Shown here in pieces: positions 50,029 to 63,015 of a stretch of 64,000 nucleotides of DNA; the first letter of the stretch is position 1; the number at the start of each line of letters is the position of its first letter. Both the position numbers and the translations under genes were made by a program. Location of the stretch: assembly GCA_001662655.1 (NCBI GenBank), contig KV460223.1; one strand, written 5' to 3'. The stretch comes from Pseudogymnoascus verrucosus (taxonomy: Eukaryota). Below the pieces are notes generated by a model that saw only the letters and a list, made by a program, of their open reading frames with translations, was not told the origin of the DNA and did not search any database.

Positions 50029-52017
50029 TTGTGTGATATTGATGGAGGCGACGCGTGTATTGCGTTTAAACCATCAAATTATTGCGAAATCGATGGATCC
50101 AGAGATATCTGTGTAGTCTCCAGAGCAGGACGCGTTGCCTTTTTCCCGGTCGAACAAAAGTTGTTTCGGATTTCGCAGGTTCTGTGTCTAAGGATAGAGG
50201 GATAGCGAGAGACAAGAGGGCACAATGGAAGATGGCCTTTGAGGGGTGAGGATAAAAAGGGGTGAAAACAGGTTTCTTTGAAGACCTCAGTGTGAGGTTT
50301 TGGTAAGAAGTCTTGAAGCAGAAGAAATGTTTCACAAGTTGTGCCTCTGTGATTAGCACCGTTCAGCTTTGTGGCGTTGAGTGCTCCAAAGTCCCGCCAA
50401 GAAAAGATGGGGAACAGAATCCAAAGGTCCAAGGATTGTGAGGTGTGCCACACTCCACACAGCCTCACCATCAGCGGTACCTAGCATTGCCGGGACAAAG
50501 AAGGTACCACTGTAGTATGGTACTCTATTTTCAGAGTTCAGTTCATCTTGACTTTACTGTGTATGGGTGCATCATTGGAGATATTAATCTTGTCCGCCAA
50601 CTCTCTATGAAATCAAACTCATGCTATGCTTTGACTCCTGAATCCGATACTGAAAGTCCTGTTCCTGTCAATCAATATTCCTGTCGAAACAGACATATTC
50701 TCTGCACATGAGAGACAACAGGTCAGATTACTCTATTCCAGTGCAACAGTACTGCGGTCCTCGCACGTAAGCAGGATCCCCCTTTTGCTCTTTCGCCGAC
50801 CACCCTATTAAAAAGCAAAGGGGCTTTTAATGAAGTACCATATACATATCACACGCTGACGGTAGATCATGGACAAAAGGTATTTAGTACTCTTCGTATT
50901 GAACAAAGAAATGGGTCGGATGTACAGTAGAGTGTAGAGTGCACAGTAGAGGCGTAAGACTTCGTAGCTGGCAGACAGGGGCTAATGTATTTATAGACTA
51001 TTCCTTTCCCCCCCCTTTGCCAGATCCCGTACCCATCCGCAAAATTTGTCTTTGGTACCCCTAGCTCGCCGCGTACTGTGCCTACGACGTTGTACTCCAC
51101 TAGATGATGCTATGATGCTATTTTATACTGTACCGCTTTATGGAGCGGCAGCCAGCCGTGCTGGTCTTGCTTGCTTTATTCTAGGATTTTGGTGACGCCG
51201 AGGCATCATCATATCACAATTACAGTACTGCAGAGCACTTTACGCGTGGACAGGATTGTTAGGTTCACGATACTGTCTCTTATCCCCTCATTCTCGATTC
51301 GTCATACTGTCTTTGCTTGAATATTCAGTGTCTTGTTCACCAATCCCCGCTTCGTCGTTCCTCAGTACTACTAGCCCATCCCCCATTTCTGTAGTGGTAT
51401 TCTGCAGCACTCGTATGTATGACAGACTATCAGCGATCGTCGAATGGTCTCAGGACTTATTATCGTATAGGAGAAAGAATAAGGGTTGCGGAGTTGAAGT
51501 TGCATGTTTTCTTTTACGATATATGGAATCGATAGTTACAGCTTGCCGTCAGCCAGTTGCTAGGACAGTGTAACGAGAGCTGCAGTGCTGTTGAACTGAC
51601 ATATGGCTGCCGTTGACCGCCGTTGGCGACAGGGCCACCAGTTCGGTTAGAGCGTCCGCCGACAAATTTGCTGTTTGTCAACCAAAGAAGGTTCCTGGCA
51701 CATCTCCAAAACGTAGCTTACTCAACAACGCCACAAGAGCAATCTCACGTGACCACTATCAACCACGATACTTGAGATCGCCAATGTTCCGATAACAAAA
51801 CAAGTCACCCCCTCATTCTCCCAGCCCAACCCCCAATACTCACTTCCTGCTGCTGCCTCGCACTCCGCTGCTCTCTATTATATAAACCAGCTCGCCCTGT
51901 CACACTAAGGACTTGCTGTTCATCGCCCTCTATACGCCGTCGGAGAGGGGCGCCAGACAACCAGAACAGCACCGGGAACACCGTCCCGCAGGCGTCCAGC
52001 CTTGGTCTACCGCCACC

Positions 52018-52751
52018 ATGCTGAAAATATGGTCTATGGTATGCACATTCCACAGCTGATTCCCAAAGGCCCCGAAGCATCCCATTCTAACGCCCGATAT
52101 AGAAAGCAAAGGAGCAAGCAGCTGCCAACGCAAATGGCACGAAAAAGAAGAAGGTCACAGCAGCCCAACTGCGCGTGCAAAAAGGTCAGTCCAGTCCAGT
52201 CCAACCGATACCACCCCCACCAAGAGAGAGCGCCGTAGCTAATCAAGCCAGCTAGATCTCGAAGAGCTTGAGCCGAGCAGAACATGGCACACCGAGTTCC
52301 CCGACCCAAACGACATCCTCAACTTTACTCTTACGATCGACCCGGATGAGGGCATGTACAAGGGGGGCCGCTTCAACTTCTCCTTCGCTATCAACCAGAA
52401 CTTCCCGCATGACCCGCCGAAAGTAAAGTGCACGCAGAAGATATACCATCCGAATATCGATCTCGAGGGCAATGTGTGCCTGAATATCTTGAGAGAGGAC
52501 TGGAAGCCGGTGCTGAACCTTAATGCGGTTATCGTTGGATTACAGGTTCGTGGTTCCCCGCAGGTCCTTTATAACACTGCTAACATATGTGCCAATAGTT
52601 CTTATTCCTCGAACCCAACGCCTCCGACCCTCTCAACAAAGATGCAGCCGAAGACTTACGGTCAAACAGGGAGGGATTCAAGAGGAACGTCAGGACAGCA
52701 ATGGGCGGTGGCCCTGTGCGGGGTGTGCCTTTTGAGAAGGTTCTGAAGTAG
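52018..52751 (+). CDS. UBC12: NEDD8-conjugating enzyme Ubc12
   Basis: MLKIWSM-KKQ...[37 protein letters not shown]; three introns. Confidence 0.95.
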
Positions 52752-53480
52752 AAGGCCCACGGTATAGAAGCATATGGGAACTACGGAGATATTTTTGGTT
52801 GGGCATCTGAGGCGTTTTAGCACAGCGGGCTCTGGGAGTTTATTGCGGAGGCTTCGGTCGTCGCATTCGTAGAGGAATGCCCATATATTACTACAGGAAT
52901 TCATACTCTCAAGACAACACGATATGGTCTTTACAAGGTGGCATGTGATGATGTGTAAGGCCATAAGAAGGCGATACCCTTCAAGGGCCCATGCTACCAT
53001 TGCGTATAATGAGTAGCACCGCTTGTTATAAAGGTGATCGGAGCAGGACGACACAGTATGGCCGAGACAGAAAATTATAATTGTCCCAAGTCGCCGGAAC
53101 TGGATGTTTGTGTTATCTACCCAAATCTCGAAAAACGGTAGCAGTTACACGGCCTTCTTTTAGCCTTTCCATGATCTGGCAAACGAGCAATCAGATGAAT
53201 CGGCGGACAGCTTCGTGCGCTTATGGCAGTTTTGCACATGTTTTCTTAGGCTCTATCAAGGGTTTTGTCTGTTAAACGGGCGCTTGAACAAGTTGCTATA
53301 TTCCTAATTCTCAGCTACGGATAGTCCCTCCTTGGGCTTTTTGGACATCATGAGAACCTGTGAGTACTTGTACCGCCTAAAAGTATGAAGAGTGACTCTG
53401 CGCAACATTAAAACTAATAGAGCTTCCCCTTTTTGGTTTAATTTTGAGTGACCGAGGAGTTAAACGGCTCTAATAGTTTC

Positions 53481-53978
53481 TGAGTCATTTACAGCCTTCA
53501 TTGAGTTGCTGAAGTCAACTTGAGCGATAACGGTGGCTCCAGGCTGATCTGATCCTCTTAGTAGCTATTATGCACGGTCTTTTGCTCCGACTTTTCGGCG
53601 GCAAAAGTAACAGCTCTCAACGCCGAATTTATACCAGCTTTGAGTCACCGAAGACGGCAAAAATAATGACCAGGCTGGGGTTCGATCCCAGGACCTTTTC
53701 GGTACATTTGAAATGTTAACGAAACGTGATAACCAACTACACCACCCGGCCTATTAGATGTCGTCCGTAGTGATCAAGCTCATCAAGAACCAGCCTGTGA
53801 AATGATGGCGTCGAGAAATAGGCGAGTTTGTGGAGTAACTACGGTTTACCGTGGAGCAAAACCCCATAAACACGTGACTATGCCGCACTAGCGCGCTAAA
53901 GCTATGGGGCGTCGGGGAAGCGAGATCGGCCTCAAAAATTCAATACTCGAGCTACGTATCCCCACAGACCTTGACTCA
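53481..53978. promoter_or_regulatory. Gcn4/Cpc1-type sites and a Leu3/LeuB-type site upstream of ILV5
   Basis: TGAGTCA at 53481 and 53641, TGACTCA at 53972; CCG-N4-CGG (CCGAAGACGG) at 53648-53657; CACGTG at 53871. Confidence 0.7.
53667..53751 (-). tRNA. tRNA-Val(AAC) with 11-nt intron
   Basis: Reverse complement GGCCGGGTGGTGTAGTTGGTTATCACGTTTCGTTAACA[TTTCAAATGTA]CCGAAAAGGTCCTGGGATCGAACCCCAGCCTGGTCA folds as a cloverleaf. TTATTTTT Pol III terminator follows at 53659-53666. Confidence 0.93.
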
Positions 53979-54036
53979 CTGTTATAAGTATCAACAGCCC
54001 CCCCATCTTTCTTAGCCATTGAACCACAACACACAA

Positions 54037-55435
54037 ATGGCTTCACGAACTCTTTCACGAGCTGCCCGCTCCCAATTGGCACGCCAATTCTCTGCGCCAG
54101 TGGCTAAGCGTACCTTCGTGTCCGCCATCAATGCTGCTGCCAGGCCCACTGTCGCCAGAGCTGCAGCTCCTGTCCAGCAGTTCCGTGGTGTCAAGACCGT
54201 TGACTTTGCTGGCGACAAAGAGCTGGTCTATGAGCGCTCCGACTGGCCTCGTGAGAAGCTCCTGGTAAGTCCTCCCCGATGATGTAACCGCTCAATTGGC
54301 GATCCCACCGCCTTTTTGGGTTTTCGTGCGACCTCGGCTTACGATTTCGTAGGAGTACTTCAAGGATGACACTCTTGCTATGATCGGATATGGTATGTTG
54401 AACTCGCTCGGTCAATTGCGCGAACACTGCTAACCAATTGCTCAGGTTCGCAAGGACACGGTCAGGGTCTCAATGCCAGAGATCAGGGCCTCAACGTCAT
54501 TGTCGGTGTCCGCAAGGGTGGACAGTCCTGGAAGGAGGCTCAGCAGGATGGATGGGTTGAGGGCAAGAACCTCTTCGAGATTGATGAGGCCATCAGCCGT
54601 GGTACCATCATCATGAACCTCCTCTCCGATGCTGCCCAGTCCGAGACCTGGCCTCACATCAAGCCCCAAATCACCAAGGGAAAGGTACATCAGATCCACA
54701 TTCAATGCCTAACTTCGCATTACTAACACTTATTTCCAGACTCTTTACTTCTCTCACGGATTCTCCCCCGTGTTCAAGGAGCTCACCAAGGTCGATGTGC
54801 CAACTGATGTCGATGTCATCCTCGTCGCCCCCAAGGGATCCGGCCGCACTGTCCGCACCCTTTTCCGTGAGGGCCGTGGCATCAACGCCTCCATCGCCAT
54901 CTACCAGGATGTCACCGGCAAGGCTCTCGAGAAGTCCACTGCTCTCGGTGTCGCCGTCGGCGCCGGATACATGTACCTGACCACCTTCGAGAAGGAGGTC
55001 TACTCTGACCTTTACGGTGAGAGAGGCTGCCTCATGGGCGGCATCCACGGTATGTTCCTCGCCCAGTACGAGGTTCTCCGTGAGCAGGGCCACTCCCCCT
55101 CGGAGGCCTTCAACGAGACCGTCGAGGAGGCTACCCAGTCCCTCTACCCTCTCATCGGTGCCAACGGCATGGACTGGATGTACGAGGCCTGCTCGACCAC
55201 CGCCCGCCGCGGTGCCATCGACTGGAGCAACAAGTTCAAGGACGCCCTGAAGCCCGTCTTCAACGACCTGTACGACTCCGTCAAGACCGGCAAGGAGACC
55301 CAGCGCTCCCTCGACTACAACTCCCAGCCTGACTACAGAGAGAAGTACGAGGCTGAGATGCAGGAGATCCGTGATCTCGAGATCTGGAGGGCCGGAAAGG
55401 CCGTCCGCTCGCTCCGCCCCGAGAACCAGAAGTAA
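54037..55435 (+). CDS. ILV5: Ketol-acid reductoisomerase, mitochondrial
   Basis: Presequence; IGYGSQGHGQGLN, LLSDAAQ, LYFSHGF, APKGSG, SDLYGERGCLMG, EAFNETVEE; three introns. Confidence 0.97.
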
Positions 55436-56293
55436 ATTGTTGATGGGTCGTTGGTGGGTTTTGGTTGGTGAATGGCAGGATTTGTTGATGGGGGAATTTA
55501 TTTTCGAACGGCGCATGTTTGTACTATAACTCGGTTCTATTATATCATCGGATATGACGCCTAAAATGCAAAAAGTTGCTTACTCCATTAAAAAAAATTA
55601 CCTTACATAATGTCCTGATGAATTGTATGTGACCTCGCAAACATAATATCCTGATCAATCCGTATGTGAACTCGCACCATGCGAACTCGCACCGAACAGT
55701 GACTGAATGTATTCCAAGACGTAATAGTCCAATACTGACACATTCCTCCGCAATCGGCATTCCGCAATCAGCTGCCAATCCACTCCATTCCCCTCTCTGC
55801 CCCGGTTGTTCGGCGTTGCTCCGATATCCAGTTTTGCGGCTCGGTGTTCGGTGACCCAGTTAGTGCCTACCTGCCTTTGCGAGAGGAAATGTGGGGTTGA
55901 GGGTCTCGCCGCCGTTCTCGCCGCCGTTATCGTATCAGGGCTTGGAGATTAGTCACTGGTGCGGAGAAGATGCATGGTGGGATAGTTTTATGAGGGGTAA
56001 AATGTAGGGTTAAGCTCTAAGAATGGCTGTGATACGGAGTACGGAGAGTAAAGTCTATATGTGCCTCAAAGAGGCAGGTAATTGTAGAATCCAGGGCGTA
56101 ATATACACATACTAGCCAGGCCCAGACGCACCACCACATATGCTTACCCCGCATACCCCTCCATCTCTCTCGTAAAAAGATATCTTCAGCCCCTCACGCT
56201 CCATATCTTCTCCCTCACATCTCCATACCCTCAAATCTGTATACCCTCACACTCCTCTACCTGCCCATTACCACCACCATAACCGCCACCACA

Positions 56294-57520
56294 ATGGCCG
56301 ACCCCAACTCCCTCCCCCTCTCCCGCGCCTCCGTCCTCTCCGCCCACACCCTCATCAAGCCCTACATCCACCGCACCCCCGTGCTCACCTCCACCTACAT
56401 CTCCCAGCTCGCCTCCACCCCCCGCACCGCCGCCGAGCTCGAAGGCACTCCCTGGGCGGGGCAAACGCCCGCGAGCCCCAAGATCAGATTCTGGTTCAAG
56501 TGCGAGAATTTCCAGAAGGTCGGCGCGTTCAAGGCGAGAGGCGCGTTTCATGCGCTGCTGAGGTTGGTGGAGAGTGAAGGGTGGGAGGAAGGGGGAGGGA
56601 GGGAGAGGGGGGTGGTTACGCATAGTAGTGGTGAGTTCTCCATTTCCAGCCCAGGGTTTCCCTCTGGACTTCCGCCGTGGGGGACAAGATACAGAGCAAG
56701 TTGCTAACGAGATCCCAAAACAGGCAACCACGCCCAAGCCGTCTCCCTCGCCTCCGCAACCCTCAAAATCCCCTCCCACATCGTCATGCCCCGCATCAGC
56801 ACCCCCGCCAAAATCGCCGCCACCCAATCCTACGGCGCCAGCGTCCTCTTCAGCGGTTCCACAGCCCCCGAGCGCGAAGCCGTCGTCGCGGACGTCATCA
56901 AGGACACCGGCGCGACCCTGATCCCTCCCTACGACCACCCGCATGTGATGCTTGGACAGGGGACAGCGGGGTTGGAGTTGCAGGAGCAGGTGCTGGAGGC
57001 GCAGAAGGAGGTTGAGGTGGGGATGGGGAGGAAGGGGTTGAATGCTATTATTGCGCCGTGTGGAGGAGGGGGGTTGCTGAGTGGTACGGCGCTGAGTGCG
57101 CAGGGGACGGGGATTGTGGTGTTTGGTGCCGAACCGGAGTTTGAGGGCGCGGATGACTGTAAGAGGGGTCTGGAGGCGGGGAAGAGAATTGAGGTGGTGA
57201 AATCACTTACTATAGGTGATGGACTGAGAACACCGGTGGGAGTATGGCCGTGGAAGGTGATTAGTGATAAGAAGTTGGTCAGGGGAGTGTATAGTGTGAC
57301 TGAGGAGCAGATTAAGGCTACGCTGCGCTTGGTGCTGGAGAGGATGAAGGTGGTTGTTGAGCCAAGTTCGGTGGTGGGGCTGGCGGTTGCGTTGTGGAAT
57401 GAGGATTTCAGGAGGGTCGTGGAGGCGGAGCAAGGGGGAGAGGAGTGGGATTTGGGGGTTGTGTTTACGGGGGGTAATGTGAATCTTGAGGGATTGGGGA
57501 AGTTATTTGAGGCGAAGTAA
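56294..57520 (+). CDS. PLP-dependent serine racemase / threonine dehydratase family enzyme
   Basis: HRTPV, KCENFQKVGAFKARGA, HSSG-NHAQA, GQGT, PCGGGGLLSG, VVEPS, TGGN; one intron ~56632-56723. Confidence 0.92.
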
Positions 57521-58064
57521 GGGGAGGAGGGAAGTGTATCTCACATATTTGTATTTGGCGATTGGGTGTTATTATATTCGTTGTACCGATGGTATATCTA
57601 GAATAATATTACTTGTGGGATTTGTATGTCTCAAGTGCATATGCATTCTCAAAAACCCTTCGCTATTTGTCATCCCCCCAGTAGAGTATAACTTTTCTTT
57701 CTTTATCCCGTGTTATAAACCACCCTGATCAAGCCTCGTGGTGGTTTGGAGGGAATTGTGTAAAATAAAGCAGTTTTTAGCAGTTATAAGAAATATATAA
57801 ATATTTATTTATTCGGGGTCTATCATTTTCTCTGTTAATTGCCTAAAATTACAGCTAAAATAATAATTTATATTTTCTTAAATATCGACATCATTATCGG
57901 CTACACTGTCCCACTTCAGACCTTTGCTAACAGGAGCATATATGTTAAACTAGCAAAAGTAAATCAATACTCTTCCGAGGTAGTTTTTATGGTGGCTAAT
58001 ATCACAACAATATCACATATTCATGCCTTACCAATAAGGCATGCATGCCCCTCACCACCACTCT

Positions 58065-58107
58065 ACGCGAACGCGTACACAAACCCCACCCAGCCCAGAA
58101 TCGCGTC
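58065..58107. promoter_or_regulatory. MCB-like (MBF) elements upstream of RFA1
   Basis: ACGCGA 58065, ACGCGT 58071, TCGCGT ~58101. Confidence 0.6.
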
Positions 58108-58201
58108 AACCGTGTATTTGTCGCCTCTTCATTATCTGCCTCTTCAGCCTCCTTCACTCCTGCACGTACCTCTCCAGCAACAAACGATACGACCAGAAAT
58201 C

Positions 58202-60244
58202 ATGTCCACCGATCTTGCAGCATCGAAGATTACACCCGGAGTTCTGGAGTTTGTCTACCTGCCATAACAAGATCGCAGTCTGTGGAGCTGACTAACGTTA
58301 TCCAGTGCAATCTTCAACGACCCCGAACGACGCGCCACAGACTTCCCAGTGCCAGTATGCCAGTGCGTCCAGATCAAGCCTCTGGCCTCCCAAGGCAATG
58401 GAGCAGAGAGATATAGAGTGGTCCTCAGCGACACTAAGAACTTTGTACAGAGCATGCTCGCCACAGGTAAGAGGGATGATTGACGTCGCCTGGCACACCA
58501 GAATCTAACAACAGTACAGGCGCCAACCACTTTATACACGACCAGAAGCTGAAGAAGGGTTCGCTGGTGCGCCTGAAGCAGTTCCAGGCAAATGCCCTAA
58601 AGGGCAAGCGGTAAGTGAACCCCAGGTGTCCTCTATGCCAGGCACTGACTATTATAGTATCCTGGTGATCATGGACATCGACGTTTTGGCCGAGTTTGGC
58701 GAGCCGGACAAGATCGGAGACCCTCAGGCGCTGAAGGTGAAGGATGAGGAGGAAGATGTGAAGCCTGCCCCAGGCGCCGTATCAGGCGCCGGGTTTTACG
58801 GAAACAAACCCGCTCAACAACCAGCACAACAGCAATCGCTCCCGTCCCGAACCGGTCCTTCGAGCTCTGCAGGACAAGGAAACATATACCCAATTGAGGC
58901 GTTATCACCATACGCACATAAATGGACCATCAAAGCTAGAGTATCGAACAAATCAGAGATCAGGACGTGGCACAAACAGAGTGGCGAAGGGAAGTTGTTC
59001 AGTGTCAACCTGCTGGACGAAAGCGGCGAGATCAAGGCTACAGGATTCAACGAGCAGTGTGACCAACTATACGACTTATTCCAAGAGGGTTCGGTTTATT
59101 ACATTTCGTCGCCATGCCGGGTTCAGCTTGCCAAGAAACAGTTCACAAATCTCCCAAACGACTACGAGTTAACCTTTGATCGGGAGACGAAAGTTGAAAA
59201 GGCCGAAGATCAAGAGAACGTCCCGCAAGTCCGGTTCAACTTCACAGATATCGCGAGTTTACAGACGGTAGAGAAAGACACCACGATCGATATCATTGGA
59301 GTGCTCAAGGAGGTCGCCGATGTCACCCAAATCGTCTCAAAATCTACCAGCAAACCATACGACAAACGAGAGCTGACTCTCGTCGATGACAGTGACTTCT
59401 CTGTTCGTTTGACCATCTGGGGGAAGACTGCGGTGTCTTTTGATGCTCAGCCGGAATCGATCGTTGCGTTTAAGGGAGCCAAGGTTTCGGATTTTGGTGG
59501 GAGGAGCTTGAGCTTACTTTCATCCGGTTCTATGACCCTTGACCCAGACATTCAAGAGGCTCATAAACTCCGGGGCTGGTACGATACCCACGGGCGCAGT
59601 AACACATTTGCGTCTCACTCTGGAATGGCAAGTGCTGGAGCTGCAGGAGGCCGCCAAGATCCAGTCATGACCGTTGCCAAGGTCTACGAGGACAGCTTGG
59701 GCATGTCAGAGGCAACCGACTACTTCTCTACCAAAGCAACGATCGTTTATATCAAGCAGGAGAATTTTGCCTATCCTGCATGTCTGAGTGATGGATGCAA
59801 CAAGAAGGTTACGGACATGGGTGATGGGACATGGCGCTGCGAAAAGTGCGATATCACACACCCCAAGCCCGAGTATAGATATATCATGTCCCTCAACGTC
59901 AATGATCACACTGGTCAGCTCTGGTTGAGCTGTTTTGACGATGTTGGACGCCTGATTATGGGCATGTCTGCCGACCAGCTGATGGCCCTGAAGGATGGCG
60001 AAGACCCGGCTGCTGCTGGGCGGGCATTCGAGGAGGCCAACTGCAAGACTATGTTGTTCAAGTGCCGGGCCAAGATGGACAGTTTCCAGGACCAACAACG
60101 GTAAGCATTCCCATTGTTGACTTTGTTGAAAAGATTCTAATAGATTGATTTAGAGTACGTTACCAGGTCACTGGCGCAAGCCCCGTCAACTACTCGCAGG
60201 AAGCACAGAAGCTGGCCGAGCTGATTAAACTGTACAACATTTGA
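58202..60244 (+). CDS. RFA1: Replication protein A large subunit
   Basis: PIEALSPY..KWTIKARV, GEGKLFS.NLLDESGEI.ATGF, Zn motif YPAC...CNKKV...CEKC; four introns. Confidence 0.96.
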
Positions 60245-60799
60245 TTATTATGAGCGTCAAATAGTCTGAGTTCTCATGGTTTGTCGAATTCAGCCATCAA
60301 ACAGTAGCTAAGGAGATTGCTATGGTCTGAGTGAAGAATATCTCACTGTAACGAAAATGAGTCGTGGATGAATGGGATAAATATTATGTTAATGTTACAA
60401 CCAACCACTGAGAGGCATAAAATGAAGAAAATTATTCACCAACATCACATTAGTGACCATTCTGATTTCACAGTGGAATTTGTGGATTTATTGTAAACTT
60501 ACCCCAACTCTTGGATTGGTATGACGGAGAAGGACGAGATCGGTGCAGGTTATATTTGGCCTCGATTTGAATAAATTCACCTTACAGGATATCGCTTCCA
60601 CCCACGATTATATACATACCGGTGATAAGACATAGATAGGGAAGTTAATGAGATTAATTTAAAGTTAATTGGAGTAATTTTGTGTTACGGTCTCCTCATA
60701 CTATTCATTAATCCGTGACCCCGTTTGTCGTGATTCATAAGCTTCCACCCTCGTCTGTACACCCATCATCCCCTCTCCCCAATCCTGGCCTGATCTAGG

Positions 60800-62406
60800 C
60801 TACATCACAGCCATAAGATCTTCATCATCCGGACCAACAATCCAACCCAGATCATCTCCGCCATAGGCATCAGCATAACTAGCGCCGACCTGTTTCTTCT
60901 TCTGTTTACGGACCCATGTCAAATACTCCTTCTCATGCGTAAGAAGATGGTCAGTGGCTTTGATATCTTCCACCATAGTTTCGATGCGCTCCATGGCTCC
61001 AGCAAGTTCTCGCTCCACCGCGGTTTCATCGGAGACCCGTTCTGTCGGGGCGAAACGGAGAAATGCAGGTTGATCTTCCTGGGCGCCAACAAGAGTGCCG
61101 CGTAGTTCCCCTTGGGATATCATATTACTGACCAAGGCTTCCACAGCGCCTTGGGTCTCCAAACTGGCACCTGTCTCGGCACTCACGGTGTTTTGAGCGA
61201 TGTAAGAGACTGGAATAGTCTCGTACAAACTCGACAGCCTGCGTATTTGGTGTTTTTGATGGGCTCCCAGTACGACACGCATCAGGCCGGCATTTCCGTC
61301 TCCGCTCCAGATGTTCGTGCCCGCGGTAATCTCTGCGTTGAGTCTTGGAGCAGTTCCCGACTCGAACAAGCTGGCCACCATATCATAGGGCTTCCCAATA
61401 ATATGGTACGCCTTGGAAGCATTGCTGTTTGTATTAGGAGGAAGGGTCGGGACCTTCCCGGTCAGAAGCACCTTCACCAACGTCCACTTTTTGTAAGCCT
61501 CCACCATTATCTTGCTGACCGCAATGCCCCTGACCGGATATGTAATGACATTCTCAAGAGATTCCGCGGCATTCTCCCACTGTTGTAGACCAATGAATAT
61601 TGAGCCGCTGAACGAGAAATATTCGAGGATATCTTGTGTACTTATTTTCTTGGTGAGGCCAGACTCTATCGTGAGATACTCATGAGCCCTGAGACGAAGC
61701 GAGCAGGCCTGTTTCGGGTGACGGTCCGTGGTTGGGATATATAAAATGTGTCGCTCGAGGATGGGAACCGCACGAGAGAATTCCTTGGATTCAAGGGCCA
61801 GCCGGCTGAGAATAAGATGCGCGGATGTCAATGTCGATGCCCCTGGGTCTAGTCGCAGGATGGCACTGGCGATGGGTGAAACGGCAGCTCCAGGCTATAT
61901 ATATATTAATAACCTGTGTCGCGAGTTTGATGGGGTTGGCACATACCTGTCCAAGATGACGAGCAAGCGCTGCCACAACTGTAATGATTTCTAATGTCTC
62001 CGACCCGATATATCTGGCCTGCCTAGAGTCGAAGTTCTCCAGGAAGTGTACGATTTTCTCCCACAACGGCAACAGTTCCTCAGGCGGGGTGTTGTTTTGA
62101 GCCGATTTGGGGGCGCTTTGGACTTCGTTGACGCGGGCGAGAAGTGCAAACGCATACGGTATTGAATTCAGCGCCGGGTTGATAATCTGCACGAAGTCAG
62201 TCAATAGCAGTGAATTAGAGCGGTGAGAGTCTAACATCGAGAATATCTTCACCCCCAGAAGTCTTCTGGAGAAGTGTCTTTGGGGCAAGCTTCTTGATAT
62301 GTTTGATCTGCGACTTTATGGTCTCGTCATAGTGCTCGTCGGACAGAGGTTGAATGGGCGGCGGATGAACTGGAAAGGAAAGCAACGATGGAAGTAGTTT
62401 ATCCAT
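60800..62406 (-). CDS. CSN3: COP9 signalosome subunit 3
   Basis: VSKIMVEAYKKW.LV, PCI-like C-terminus and helical N-terminal region; two introns. Confidence 0.8.
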
Positions 62407-62789
62407 TTCCGTCTGTAGGGCGAGTTACTGTCAAGCCGTGACGTTGTGAGGTCGATAAGTTGTGAGGTAAACGTCAGATTTGTGGTCCAGGCGCCCACGC
62501 GATAGCTTCTTTAGCAAGACGCCTTACCTACCTTCAAGGTATTGCTTAGAGGAGAAGCTGAATAAAGATCCTGCAAGCACTACCAGTGTGCAAGAGGCGT
62601 CAGAGACCGTGCTGCCAAAAGTGGATGAGTCCTCTGCCGTGAGCCGGAAAACTATGTACTGTGATAGCTATCGTGCTGTACTGTACCTTCAAGGCGGCGG
62701 CACATGCGGGATGGTTGCGGAAGCATGGTTTTTCCGCGACGTCAGGTACCAATTGGATTGTATCTCGGATTGATCTCGGATTGTGTCTT

Positions 62790-62796
62790 TGAGTCA
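62790..62796. promoter_or_regulatory. Gcn4/Cpc1-type site upstream of PRO2
   Basis: Perfect TGAGTCA about 220 nt upstream of the PRO2 ATG. Confidence 0.55.
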
Positions 62797-63015
62797 ATCT
62801 ATCTCTCACAAATGATTCTCAAAGAATTATAAATCAAGCAATCGAGCTTTTCCACCCTCAACTACAAACTTGCGATCAGTTGATTCCTCTATACCCTGAT
62901 TCTATTTAGCGACGACATTGCCTCTCCCCCCCAGCCCACAGCAACAAAAGCTGTTCTCTCAAATTCGCCCCGCCATCTCGAAATCAAGTCCGAGCTTATT
63001 TATACCCCTCACTCA

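Noticed and set aside
55660..55935. Small tandem duplications (GAACTCGCACC x2, CTCGCCGCCGTT x2)
   Set aside because: Consistent with ordinary replication slippage.
57740..57900. AT-rich patch as RIP-degraded transposon
   Set aside because: Too short; no terminal repeats or coding remnants.
52018..62406. UBC12 (neddylation) and CSN3 (deneddylation) as a functional cluster
   Set aside because: About 8 kb apart with three unrelated protein genes and a tRNA between; chance is sufficient.
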